A DNA stretch of 64,000 nucleotides from Haliotis cracherodii (GCF_022045235.1 NW_027266330.1:12710001-12774000); one strand, 5' to 3'. Positions 37,133 to 50,801 are shown, counted from the stretch's first letter. Made by a program: numbers and translations. The notes: generated by a model not told the origin, from the sequence alone.

Positions 37133-38298
37133 TATTCCAGAGGAACGCCCATTCAGCACAATGTTAAAATGCCCTATTTTATTTGAAAATTTAGACAAAT
37201 TTATTTATTTCACTGACTGACTGGAATATTGCTAAAAGCGGCAATAAAACCAAACTAATTCACTCAAAATCTAATGTAAGACAAGCATGTAAAATAGTCA
37301 CCATTCCAGTACATGAGGCCAAATAAGCATATTGTTTTGTTTGAATGCCGTTAATTTCTTATCAAAACGGTTAAAGGCAAACTTCTGGTCCCCTTCATAC
37401 AGAACAATTCAATCTCGGTCAAATATTCCTCATAAAATCAATGGACTGAAAACAGTTATATCCTAATACTTCAAACTGCTGAAGACAATTTGAGAGAACC
37501 CTGACACAAAAACTGACAAAAACAGGCACCGGCTCCATCTGGTGGTGCAAACCCTCCAGCAAGATGCAGATCCCCACGTGGCGATGCCACCATCGCCTGC
37601 AGCCTCCCCATCTATCACGGGTCCATGTTTTGTGGATCCGAGCTGAATAAGGACACAACCTCTTCCTACACATTACATGGTCATAAACATCCCCATACCT
37701 CAGACAGCACGTCTCCTGGACGTTTCATTCTCTGTGTGACATTTACAGCACAAAGGGGACCGCCGCTACCAAACCATAAGTTACACAACAAATAAAACCA
37801 ACATTCTTGGCACTTTAAGACCTCATTTGACCAACAGCATCATGCTGGCATGGCTTGTAAATTGATCAGAATGATGGCTGTCATAAAACTGGTCGAAGAC
37901 ATAAATTCCATCAAATACTAATTTTTTAAATAAAATTTAATTACCTTGGTCCATACATAATAATCATAAGATCAGAAGAAGATAAAGAAAATCTGATTCT
38001 TTCATATGACTCTGGTTAATCTGTCGTCCCATGACTGATAAACTATTATAAATTGAATGAATTGGGTGTTCTTGAACTTCTTTTATGTAGAATATTGTGC
38101 ATCCTACGAGTGTTTGGTAATACATTTGGGGGTCTCATGGTGACCACTGTACCACAAGCAAACACAATACATGTTTGATGCCTTATGTTACAAAAAGTTT
38201 GTTTGTTTGTTGTTTAACGCTGCAGACTGTTGTCAATCTGTGTGACCAAGCCCAACATTAACAAGTGCTTAATGCAGCTGTAGCCTTATGGGGAGACA

Positions 38299-38460
38299 CC
38301 ACTGTCCTTATAATGGGGAACAGGTGCTTGCTTATGTCCTGTCCTGCCATGTGAATGAGATGCTGTTCATCGAGGACTTCCACTGTCCTTATAATGGGGA
38401 ACAGGTGCTTGCTTATGTCCTGTCCTGCCATGTGAATGAGATGCTGTTCATTGAGGACTT
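38299..38460. repeat. 81-bp direct duplication
   Basis: ccactgtccttataatggggaacaggtgc...gaggactt x2. Confidence 0.93.
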
Positions 38461-38579
38461 TGTACCACATTTGTTTGCTCTGCCTCATGTATGAATGGCT
38501 GAAGAATGCATAAGGAAGTTACACATTTGTAACACAATTTAATAGTTAACGATGTGCAAAGACATAAAATTCAATGAGT

Positions 38580-38806
38580 TTGGCTTGGTTTGTTGTTTAG
38601 CAATACTCAGCAACATTACACCTATGACAGTGGTCTGTAAATAGTCAAATCTGGACCAGAAAATACAGTGATTGACATCATGAGCATCGATCCATGCAAT
38701 TGGGATACTATGAGATGCTTCAACCAAGTCAGCGAGCCTGACCACCCGATAGCCTTTTATGGCAAGCAGTGGTTGCTGAAGACCTATTCTACCATGGATC
38801 TTCATA
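38580..38806 (-). mobile_element. SINE family A
   Basis: Similarity to consensus, internal deletion. Confidence 0.87.
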
Positions 38807-38902
38807 GATATGTTACAGAAAATTATCCATTGGTTGAATCAAAACTTGGTGACAGAATAAGGAATATCTAGCATGGATTGTCAATCGTATTTCTTACCAG
38901 AT

Positions 38903-39028
38903 TGCGCCAGGAAGGGTAACAACAAATACCATCTTTTAACGTCTTTTGGTATGATGCTGCCGGGGATTGAACCCCGGACCTTCCGCTCTCCGGGCGGATG
39001 CTCTACCACTAGACCACGGAGGCAGTCG
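38903..39028 (-). mobile_element. SINE family D head and core
   Basis: tRNA head gactgcctccgtggtctagtggtagagc...ggggttcaatccccgg. Confidence 0.87.
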
Positions 39029-40339
39029 CATTCAATAGGACTTGCACTGAATACATGCATTCATACACGATGCAATATTGGAATTCGGCATATATTCTTC
39101 TGTTGAAAGGTCAGAAAGCAATGAGATCTAATATTGCAAGTGTCTGTTGTAATGAAACCTTATCTTCCTCATCATTTAATACCATTATTGCCACCACAGT
39201 CATAGAAAGGGCACCTCGACTACAATATCCTTAATCTATTTCCTGTGGCCTAACAACATATCAGAGTCCTTCAAAGTTCATTAGTGAACACTATTTCCCC
39301 CAGGAAATCCTAAATCACAAATGCCTCCAATAATTTATGATGTACAGAAATTAATATCTTGGGTGCAAATATACTGGGGAATTCAGAGTGGAGACCTTGA
39401 ATCTGAGGGTTCTTTTCTGTGGGTTAACCAAATTCTTGTTGTAGTCTGCGACTTTAGCAACTAGACCAAAGCCAGAGTCTTGTAAAAATCTATTTGGTTT
39501 TGTAAGACCAGCTGAAACAACACCATATGACAACACTAAACTGTCCTGACACGATGCAAAGTGTGGACTCAAAGTTTTTTTCAACACAGATTGGTTTTTT
39601 TCTGATCATGTCTTTTAATTATTATAAACAGTTGTATATTTCCCCAATACTACTGCTTTGACTTGGTCTATAGCTCATCTGTTTTCCCTAACCCAATGCA
39701 AAAATAGGCTAGAACACACCTGACGATCAGAAGCCCAAATAAATAAAAGAGCTGACTCTTTGGTGGAATACAAATCAAGAATCATGTTGAAAATTAGTTT
39801 GCATTTTTTAAAAGCTGTACTGTCAGTTTTGAAAGAATGGTGTTAACATGTCTTGTTAACTGCTTTGAGATAATGGCTGGCTGAAAAAGACACCAGCTCA
39901 GCATTTATAAACAAGTGCGATTGCCGTGCCTGGCCACATCTGTGTTGCTAAGTGTTCAAGCAAATTAAGCGACGAGGGATTTTCCGAGAGTACTTGGCCC
40001 TCTGGTGGTGACAGCTACCTTCCCTCTCCACGGCAGCTTCCGTGAAAAGATACCCTCACCTTCCATCTCAAAACAAGAAAATGGGATTTTTTTCACAAGG
40101 AACAAATTGAATAATTAGGAAACAAGAATGGCTATTTCCAAGCAGTCTATTTCGTAGTTCCGATAATTCATGAAACTGTGAATAATAAGGCTTGTCGTCA
40201 AGTAGTACATGCTGGGTGTAAAAGGAGATATAAAAAACTTCAATGTGGGAATAATTTGGAAAGATGAAGTAAACCAAGGTCTTGATGAATTTGACAATGA
40301 AATGATATTTGTATTTGTACTGGCTATTGTATAATAACA

Positions 40340-40505
40340 AGTGAGTGAGTGAGTATGGTTTTACGCCGCTTTTAGCAATGTTCCAGCAATATCATGGCGG
40401 GGGACACCACAAATGGTCTTCACACATTGTACCCATGTCGGGAATCGAACCCAGGTCTTCGGCGTGATGAGCGAACGCTTTAACCACGAGGCTACCCAAC
40501 CGCCC
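40340..40505 (-). mobile_element. SINE family B
   Basis: Imperfect TSD tgtataa(t/c)aac. Confidence 0.92.
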
Positions 40506-40815
40506 CTGTATAACAACGAGGCTACTCCAGCGTACAAGTTGTACACTTGTCCAAGTTACCTTGTAGACGACTGACTGGTGCAGCACAAGATGGACACTGT
40601 GTGACACTGAAAGGCCATCTTGGCCCACAGAAACTGAGAAATGACTTAAGTTCCCATAAATGTTTACGTAACTGATCAGTAATGGTCATTTGAATGAGAA
40701 TAAGACTTTGTTCTCATGAACATTTGCACATTATAGATTTCGGCTCAAATGTATTCAACTGGCTGATATTTTAAGTGTCCAGCGACTGTCTTACACCTGT
40801 ACATGAACAGACTTT

Positions 40816-41078
40816 GATTTGTTTGTTGTTTAACGCTGCACTCTGCAATATTTCAGCTATATGACGGCGGTCTGTGAATAACAGAGTGTGGACCAGACAA
40901 TCCAGTGATTGACATCATGAGCATCGATCCCCGCGATTGGAATACGATGACATGCATCAACCGAGTCGGCAAGCCTGATCGCCCGATCCTGTTAGTCGCC
41001 CATTACTAAAAGCATAGTCGTATTTTACAACAAGCATGGGTTGCTGAAGATCTATTCTACCCCGAAACCTTTACGGGC
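40816..41078 (-). mobile_element. SINE family A, full length
   Basis: Similarity to consensus. Confidence 0.9.
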
Positions 41079-43577
41079 ACAAACAGTCAGTTATCATTCC
41101 ATATGTAGGGAGCTTTAAGGTGTGACTGCAAGTATCCTTGCCCTAATACTTGGGACTCTTACAGATGATACGATAACTGTTTGATACGAAACTTACAGAT
41201 AAAGAAACTCGGACATGGAAAGTAACAGCTACTTGTCGCCGCCATAACTGATTTGGCCTTAATGAGATTCTTGAATCCCAGGAGTATCAGTGTGCAAATT
41301 AATTGAGTCTACTCTAAATTTGTACTCATATTACACGCAACATTTTGTATCCAGAAAACCCTTGAAACGTTGTCATGTTTGTACCACTCAACCAAGTGGT
41401 CGACGATGTGAGGAGCCAATATTGTAGGGGTACAGATATATAGATCACTAGTTGCAATATGGCTGAAATAAAGCCGATGACAACATTAAATTTTAACTCA
41501 CTCACTACAGATTGGTGTCTTTCCCGATACTAAGCAGCCATTCTAACATATACAACCACTGCATTTGACCGATTGTCTTGCCTGGTCAGAAAAGGTACCA
41601 GCAAACCAAAAAGCAGATGTTCCAATAATATATCTTCTTTCACCATCGAGATCATTAAACAGACATTAAAAAATTCTTAAAAAATAACCCCAAAACATCA
41701 AAGCGCCATCGAATCTACACATTACATTCTCAATCAATGTTTTTTCACCAAATCTAATGGGATGTGAAAACATCTCATCCTGGAGGCCATCTTGAAAAGT
41801 ATGACCTTGACCTTCTCTGACCCTATCACTCTGTTTACTTTGGAAGAGGGCTCAAAAAGATGGCCGCCGGAGCAACAACTCAGATTTCTCCACACACTAC
41901 TCAGAGGCACTATAGACAACTTTCTCGTCTTTCAATACAGTTGATGAAGGAAACGTGTCACCCCTTCCGTCCTTTGAGTCGCACTGCATCGCTTTGATGT
42001 CTTCCATGAGACACTTCCTTGTGAGTCTTCCCAATGCTAATTAATCAAATTCAGGGGGTATTTTTCAGCTCAGGATAAAACATTGTGCCAAAGATCTGGC
42101 CTCTAGAAAGCTAACTTTCTCAAGGAATGATTTGAGACTTGAGCAAATTTACTTTGCGAGGAACGTGGATTGTTGAAAGATCAATACATTTGGCATTATC
42201 TCACTTATCAAAGCCATATCTTGAAACATGGGGGTATTTTAAGAATTATTACCTCCTTATTAAATGAATCATTACATTTTCTTTCAAAGTTTCTTGGAAA
42301 TTTCACATGGCTTAGTGTCACTTTTACAGATTCCCCCACAATGATCAGCTCGCTCTTCCAGAAACTCCAGATTCACATGAATTGGACAGATGAATAATTA
42401 AATTTTAACTCAGAAAATGAGAAAATGTTCGATGAGTGGAATGCATTACCATCTTCCACTGACACAGTAGCTACAGTTCTTCAAGGGAGTTTTGCAACCA
42501 TGATCTCTCCACGTCTCGTACAAAGTCAGAGACTGAACACCCTTGTTGGTGTCATTGGTTTGTGAACTGTGTCAAAAGTGAGTATGGCCGTAGAGCAAAA
42601 TAATGTATATATGACCGAGGACACTAGATATAGTTTCACATCTTATACCAATGCTATAACACTGCCACATCACACATAGAACTCGGATAATGTTCACCCT
42701 CCATTCACTGTATACTAAAACATCAAAGCCTGGGGAGAATCCATCCTCATATTTCTGTCACATGAAAGTCCAAACAAAGAGGAATAATTGTCACACGATA
42801 TTGATCTTCCTAAAATGTGGGAAAAAACCATGTACAGGAAGTGAAACAAATCCAACAAAAAGAAACAGAAGAGAGATAAAAACACGCAATACGAGAGAAG
42901 GTACAATAAACCCACGCAAGAAACATACAAAATACACAAAGATTCAACAACGCTGAATTACACACGAACACCAAACTACAATTTCAAAAATCCATTTCTC
43001 GCCCTGCTATCAAAGCAGTGCAACATGGGTTAAATATATCACAATGGACCAAGAAATGTCTTCCTGAAATAGATCAATTGGTAAATTGACCATAAATAAT
43101 CTAATTCTCGACTGCTGTTTTTTCATTAAAGCACCATCACGTTTCCAAATTGGACCACAACCCCCTGAGCAGCGCTGAACAGAGTTGTAAGATCTGCCTC
43201 CCTCTGGCCCTCTCCCAAACACTGGTCGCAACACTTGATCCAGCGAGGAGGATGCTGACAGGGGATGGAGACAGCCTCAAGGCAAGTCTCAGTGTCAAAC
43301 GGTGGTACTTCTGTACCGACGTCTGCTTCACATAAATCACTCAACATTGGATAGGGATACGGAGATAATTTACAAGCCTTGATTTATCTATATAAAACAT
43401 GCACAAGTGCAACCTATTATTTGAAAAATACGAACTACTATTTATGTCTACATATGCACCAAGTGCAACTTAAAATTTATTTGTGTCGGACTAACCCTTA
43501 CTTGTCCACACAAAATCAATCTTTCAACAATCAATACCTCTAAAGTGTATTTACCATACCACATCACTAATCCCTGT

Positions 43578-43722
43578 GACCTGTGAAGATCCAGGGTGGA
43601 ATAGATCTTCAGCAACCTATGCTTGTCGTAAAAGGTGAATATGCTTGTTGTAAAAGGTGACTACCGGGTATGCTTGTCGGAAAAGGCGACTATGCTTGTT
43701 GTAAGGGGCGACTTAAGGGATC
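43578..43722 (+). mobile_element. SINE family A head with four hairpin modules, plus orientation
   Basis: gacctgtgaagatccagggtggaatagatcttcagcaacc followed by (atgcttgtcgtaaaaggcgact)-like x4. Confidence 0.85.
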
Positions 43723-43881
43723 ATATCTTGAAATTTCAGGATGCTAACTTGAAATTTCAAGATACATAAGTTGAAATTTTAAGATACTTTCAAGTTATTA
43801 TCTTGAAATTTCAAGTCAGTATGAATCTTGAAATTTCAAGAAAAAAACAAAAAAAACAAATGGCCCTAAAAGGCTTCCGTA
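43722..43881. mobile_element. Terminal fragment of a non-autonomous DNA element with palindromic repeats
   Basis: Five copies of (t)cttgaaatttcaag(a)-like palindrome, then aaatggccctaaaaggcttccgta. Confidence 0.55.
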
Positions 43882-44728
43882 AACATGTCATATATCCAGC
43901 ACAATTTTAAACCAACGACAAGCCACACAAAGCATACCGCACACAACAACTGACTGCATCACTGCCTAAATGATGATGCAGGTTCTTCAACATATCAGAA
44001 AAAAGTTCCCGAGTCCCCCTGGGCTGTAGAAAGTGCCCAGAGAAGCTCCTAGAGATTGTAACACTTGTGGCGTCCAATAATCAAGGTTTATTGTGAGGAA
44101 GAAATGGCCTATCACTGTATCTCATTACGATACCAGAATGTCCCCTGGATAAAAAATCTCCCTGATGGACCCTGTATCCAGTAATGACTTCCATCAATGC
44201 TCGTCCAAGAAACAAAAGGGACATTAGTTTATTAGGTTGCGGATGGCGATGGGATGTATTTGTAAATGGAATATGATATTAGTATAATGGACCTGGGATA
44301 GTTCTGGGATCAAAGGATTGCAGAAATTCATTTTCCTTTGTTCAAAGGTCAAATATATTCATGAAAGCAAAAATGTTGGCCATTCAATTTATTTGGGTCA
44401 TAACATGATAATGACTCCTTTTTCCCCGAGAACATGAGAGTCAGTGACCAATATGACAAAGTGATGCTGATCCTGATCAGTTCTTTTTCTGTTTCTTTTT
44501 CAGTATCATGAATTATGGAGACTTGGTGGCCTTGAAATTATTGAAACTAAGCGATATTCCTCATGAGGGTTTGTGTTTCTTTGGGCAGAATATATGAAAT
44601 GCTGGGTTTCCATTGAACGTGTACAACAAATATATACTACAAATTATACTATCGTGTCGGAAATATATTTAGAACCTATACGAACATAATATCTGCAACG
44701 ATGTATAGAAAATTAAAACGCATCAAAG

Positions 44729-45035
44729 TTTGTTGATTAGTTGTATAAGGCCTCATTCAGCAATATTCCAGGTGTATGTTTGTTTGTTTGTTTGTTGTTT
44801 AACGCCGCACTCAGCAATATTCCAGGTGTATGACGGCCGTCTGTTAGTAATCGAGTCAGGACCAGACAACCCAGTGATTGACATCATAAGCATCAATCTA
44901 TGGATACAATGACATGCACTGAGTCAGCGAGCCTGACCACCTGATCCTGTTAGTCGCCTCTTACGACAAGCATAGTCGCCTTCTACAGCAAGCATTGGTT
45001 GCTGAAGACTTATTCTACCCCGGATCTTCACGGGT
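44729..45035 (-). mobile_element. SINE family A, full length with duplicated tail
   Basis: Head acccgtgaagatccggggtagaataagtcttcagc on the minus strand. Confidence 0.92.
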
Positions 45036-45729
45036 TGCAGAGAAGTGAAACTCTCCAAGACAACAATTACACATGCCAGACCTATATATCTTCTTATATA
45101 AGATAGCTCCACAATAAGTCACAAAGGACAATGAAGAACAAGCATGGTTTAATTCACGATATAACATTATTCGATCATGACGTCATTTCTAGAGATTCGA
45201 ATATGTGCTCGCAACTTGATGACGTTATATACTGGACAACACTATTTTTTAGAAGGAAGTGTCTAGTGGGTTGTTTCCCATAAAAGGGCAATGCAGATAA
45301 ATGCCATTGCCTGCATCCAAAAGTGGGAGAGATATGACAATCGGGATTAGGAGAAAAGGTACAGATAATCGACGTGAGGATTGTGAGAATATGCGGGAGA
45401 TAATAAACTTAACCCACCTGTTTGTTAAATGGATTTGTCTGACATTTCCGAGGTCTGATTCCATTCAGTGAGTTGTCCTTATTAATAGTTTGGAAAATAT
45501 TTTTAAAGCTTGTATATTTTATCAACATCCTAAAGAGGCTGTACATAATGTCAACATCTCATATAAGAAATCAACGACTTGTGGTCGTTGTTTATCGTAC
45601 AATAAAACAATGCACGGTTTTATTGTATGATAAAGAATGACCTTGAGTCGCTAATTTCTGAATTAGAAATACTATTACAGCCTTCGTCAAGGACATTACT
45701 GCTCCTGGATTCAGGCACAGTCTTGAGAG

Positions 45730-46085
45730 TTGAAATGTGGTTTAATGTCGTGTTCTAGATTACTGAACCTATATAGGTCAGGTGAAATGGGGTAATGTTG
45801 GTTACAAGATTATTGCACTTATACAGCAACATGCACTGCTTGTTCCATTTGGACTAATGTCAGTTTTATAGTGCTAGCCAACTGTGATACCATGTCACAG
45901 GTTAACATGGATACCTAACTCAGACACAGTATACGGACTCCAAGGTGACCCATCCTTGTTTTGTCTCCTTGATGCCGCATGTCAGGCAGGGTAACAACAA
46001 ATACCAATTTTAACAACTTTTGGTATGAAAGCAGGATCACACACTAGCCTTCCGCTATCTGGTCAGACGCTCTCTCCACTACCCC
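45730..46085 (-). mobile_element. SINE family D, diverged
   Basis: Similarity to D along its whole length. Confidence 0.83.
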
Positions 46086-46291
46086 ATGTTTGGGAGACAC
46101 CACATTCACAGCTCTCAGGCAGTGTGGAGGAGTGAGAATATGTTCATCTCAATTGTCAGTAGGTTCCCCACAGCACAAATGCTGCCGAACTGAACCATCT
46201 TGAGTATACTGTCTCCAGTGAGACAGTGGTCCGTGGACTCCAGCACAATCAATACAGTGGCAGGTGAACTGTACTGGGAGATGAGCTCTTC

Positions 46292-46560
46292 TGTTATATA
46301 CTGTTGTACAGTTTTGTATAGTGCTGTGATAGTGTTGTACATAATATACTGTTGTACAGGGTTGAACAGTGTTGTATAGTGCTGTGATAGTGTTGTACAT
46401 GGTATACTGTTGTACAGTGTTAAATCATGTTGCATACTGTTTAGTAATGTATATTGTGTGATTCTGTAGTGTTGTATAATGCTGTACAGTACTGTATAAT
46501 GCTGATTACTGTTTAGTAGTGTATATTGTGTGATGTTGTACAGTGTTGTACAGAGCTGTA
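46292..46560. repeat. Degenerate about 10-bp (tgttgtacag) repeat
   Basis: Direct inspection. Confidence 0.8.
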
Positions 46561-47501
46561 CATTTAGTGCGTATACACCTGTGTAGCGTTGTACGCCGTA
46601 GAAACAAGCATAAGTCGGCACCAGACGTGTCTGTCAGGAACAGTGACATGACCATCAGAATTCTGTGGTCCAAAGATAACACACAACAACTGACAAGCAT
46701 CACCACATCCCCTCATCAATCACAATGCAATAAAATAAACAAGAACCATAAAAATTACAAGAAACAGGGTCACAGTGTTATCCAATCTTAACCATGTCAT
46801 TATTGCGCAGATACTACTCTCACCATTGGCAATAACCCCCAGCCTGAGTTGCTGATTCCCAAACAGATCAACACAAAAGTCCCTCAATACACACGGTTAA
46901 TAACCAGCTTCCTATCGTAATACGATTATGCAGCATGGACATTAGTCTCACCGCAACAGAAACAGGAGTGAGGTGTGATCAAACTTCAGACCTATCCCCT
47001 GCTAACTTGATTTCCTCAATTCCATCCCTCCTGGTGGTTTGCGTGAGGAGAAAATTATGAATTTGATGTGCGAGATGAGACTTGTATCTGGAACTGTATG
47101 AGCCATCTTTGATGAACACAATGCCCAATATGATCATTCAGATGATTTTGACCTCATTTTATCAAAGCTGAAATTTTGTAGTAATGTCCTTACTTGGTTC
47201 TGAAGATTGGGATTGAACTTCACCCGGCTGCTTCTGACAAAGGACTTTGATTTAATTCAGAAACCTGGATCAATAGGTCCTTTTAAGCTTTTTTTGTCCC
47301 TGGATATTTGAATCAAAGGAAATTGGATTGGGGACTTGACTTTTTAGAGCATTTATCCGGTCAGTAATTGGCCAATATTCCTCCTACACTTCTTGGCATT
47401 TAATATTTGCAACTATAACTAGATAGTACATCCAGTGAACATGGATCTGGATATGGCGGGCTAGCGTTGTAGAAATATTGAAATAGCAGCATAGCGTAGT
47501 A

Positions 47502-47850
47502 GGTGGTGAAATGGGGTTTAACGTGCAAGATTATTGCACTTATATAGCGACGTGCATGCACGTGTATGTGTGTATGTGTGTATGTGTGGCTGCTTGTACT
47601 AGTCCGGACTGATGCCGATTTATAGTGCTAGCACACTGAGATACCAGTTTAACATGAATAGCCTACTCAGACACAGTATACTGACTTCGAGCCGACCAGT
47701 CCTTGTTTTAGCCCCTTAATGCCGAGCACCAGACAGGGTAACAACAAGTACCATCTTTTAACGTCTTTTGGTATGACGCGGCTGGGGATCGAACCACGGA
47801 CCTTCCGCTCTCCGGGCGGACTCTATACCATTATACCACGGAGGTGGTCC
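47502..47850 (-). mobile_element. SINE family D, full length with TSD
   Basis: TSD atagcgtagta. Confidence 0.93.
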
Positions 47851-48124
47851 GAATAGCGTAGTAACATCAATGTGAATTGCAATGTAATATCACATGTTGA
47901 TATCTTATAACAATTATTCTACCTTCTGTCAACAGATTTAGTGGAACATAAAAGGTAAGATGATCCTAAATGTTGTTTAAGAAATAGTTTGGTACATCTA
48001 CAGCTATGTGAATTTGTCCTATGGATCAAGTCCACCCAGAGGACACAGAGACAGGAATGGTCTGGACAGGGTATGGACAGCCAAGACCAGATGCTGGGCC
48101 ACAGATGGTTAATATGCAGTTTAT

Positions 48125-48363
48125 GTTGGTTGGTTGGTTTGTTGTTTAACGAACCACTCAGAAACATTCCAGCAATATGACGGTGGTCTGTAAATAATTG
48201 ACCAGAAAATCCAGTGATTAATTTTATGAGCATCGATCCACGCAATTGGGATCGATGACATGCATCAACCGAGTCAGAGAGCCTGAGCAACCTATCCTCT
48301 TACGACAAGCATAGTCTCCTTTTACGGCAAGCAAGGGTTTCTGAAGACCTATTCTACTCCGGA
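48125..48363 (-). mobile_element. SINE family A
   Basis: Similarity to consensus. Confidence 0.87.
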
Positions 48364-50354
48364 TTGAAAGCTTGAGAATAGGGTCGGTTTTTTTTAGCCT
48401 GTTTAGAAAACATGATCAATTTCTTGCCTCAAGAAACGCTGAAATTTGTCTCAAACATTTTTCAGTATAATTTGGATGAAAATCTAATAATTATGTTTTC
48501 AGATTCATATTTATTCAATTAATTGATTTAACTCATTTAACAGTTCCACTACAAGGTCATCTTGTCCTATATGTTGGGAAGGATTTCTTCATTTGCAGAA
48601 ATTCTGCCATGTTTTATTCACTTATCAAAATCCCTGCAACCAGCAATATATTGGACATTTCTCCATTACATACACTTGGCAGCAGCCAACATAAAACACT
48701 GGACCACCAAAACAGCCCTTATTGACACGTCCTGCAACTAGTTGTCTTACTGCCAGTATCTGCTCCATCACATCCCGCAGCTAGTTGTCTTCCTGCTAGT
48801 ATCTGCTCCCTAACATTGTTATTTCATCATGTTAGAAGCGTGACAAAGCCTAATACTATCAGCTTAATCTATTCTGCGGCGCCTTTCGGCTGTGGTATAT
48901 ATCGCTTCACTTCTTACCCAAGAAGCTAACCTACTTGTGTTAGGGGACAATTCAAAACACCAATATCCCTTAATACTACGGTCAACCTTAACTACGTTGG
49001 ACTCAAACAAATAACAGATTAATCCTGTGACTTAGAATTTTGGAATATTTAAGTACATCATTTACTGAAACTGATGAAATGGCTTTTGGGCATCAGTTTC
49101 ATGGCCATTTCAGGCCCAATTATGTAATCTGAATGAATCATTCATGACATTGATAAAGATTTGGTGTCATAAATATCTTGGCAAATTAGACATTTTATTG
49201 TACATGTCAAAGATTGAACTCCAAATCCTCTGAAATAGGCCATTTGTATTAAACAGCAATGAAATAGTGCTTTAAGTTCTGATATTATTGTGAATTTGAA
49301 CAATAAATGCCTATATTTGGGCAAAACAATACCCAATAATAAAAACTGATTTTTAGAGTTGATAGCCCTGAAAATACATGCACTCTCACAACAATTTTAA
49401 TAATAATGGTTTTGTACTTTAACTGCCACAAATCAGCTTAAACAATTTTCTTTATCATTTTGGTGAAATTATCAACCATTCATCCTGGAAACAAATAGTA
49501 TGTCATAATCACAAAGTAAAGTTCGAATATTTCGATTATCCATGCTAAACTATCTTCCCTTATATAATGTAACTTGTCAAATATGCCTCCAAAAACTGAG
49601 TGACTAAAGGGAAACAACTGCAGCCAGGCAAGGGAGGCAACTTGTCCCGTGACATGGTTCCAGCAATCGGCATCACACATCAATACTCTTTTACTGCTCA
49701 TAGACTTTTATGGAATAGTGCATAGTAAAGCCAGTTAATCAATCGTATGAAACATCACACAACTTTGACCCTAGTCCAAGAAGGCTCACAACAATGATCC
49801 AATTCCACACACACTAGTTCCAACATCGACCATTACTGCAGAGTAGCAGCTTCAGAAAAACCCTTGATCCAACCCCCCTGGGACGAAGAAGATATTGTTT
49901 GACCAAACTGAGTGATTCATTTACTCAAACCTGGCTCCATGGACCTCCCCAAGCAGAAAATGTGTTGAAATTTACACAAAGATACAGTGAAATCTGACCA
50001 ATGAAAACCTATTAATACAACTTCAATTGGATTTCTACTTCATTAGTCATAATATACATCAAATAAAAGCTACATTTACACAAAGAAACATTGAAATTTG
50101 ACCATCAAAAACCTCTTTAAAAACCCGTTAATGGTTTTGAGTCGGTCCCTACTGAACATCTAGCGGATCTACGTCCGTTAATTGTCATGTCGGAGAAGGC
50201 TGACGGACAACATTACCCCACATGAACACTCTTGTCAACACCGTGGAATAGGGTAATTCATGCTAAGTGAGACTCATCAAATGTGCCTGGATAAACAACA
50301 TATGGCAGGCTAGTTACAGTCAAGTCATGTCTCACCAACATTTATCATGCTGGT

Positions 50355-50801
50355 TTGACTATGGCTGCTTGACCAGATGCTGTCTGTTACACGCTGGTGA
50401 TGGGAGCCGATCATCCGGCGTTCATAGTTCCACAAGCTTGACTATGGCTGCTTGACCAGATGCTGTCTGTTACATGCTGGTGATGGGAGCCCATCATCCG
50501 GCGTTCATGGTTCCACAAGCTTGACCAGATGCTGTCTGTTACACGCTGGTGATGGGAGCCCATCATCCGGCGTTCATGGTTCCACAAACTTGACTATGGC
50601 TGCTTGACCAGATGCTGTCTGTTACACGCTGGTGATGGGAGCCCATCATCCGGCGTTCATGGTTCCACAAGCTTGACTATGGCTGCTTGACCAGATGCTG
50701 TCTGTTACACGCTGGTGATGGGAGCCGATCATCCATCATTCATAGTTCTAAAAGCTTGACTATGGCTGCTTGACCAGATGCTGTCTGTTACACGCTGGTG
50801 A
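50355..50801. repeat. Minisatellite, about 83-bp unit, 5-6 copies
   Basis: ttgactatggctgcttgaccagatgctgtctgttacacgctggtgatgggagcccatcatccggcgttcatggttccacaagc. Confidence 0.95.

Noticed and set aside
37580-37597. ggcgatg-ccac-catcgcc hairpin and nearby 84-aa ORF
   Set aside because: A 7-bp stem is expected by chance. The ORF has no homology or splice support.
47196-47201. Possible 6-nt microexon (cttcag|AACCAA|gtaagg), and a similar 12-nt candidate near 62830
   Set aside because: Weak pyrimidine tracts. Such matches are expected by chance in 64 kb.
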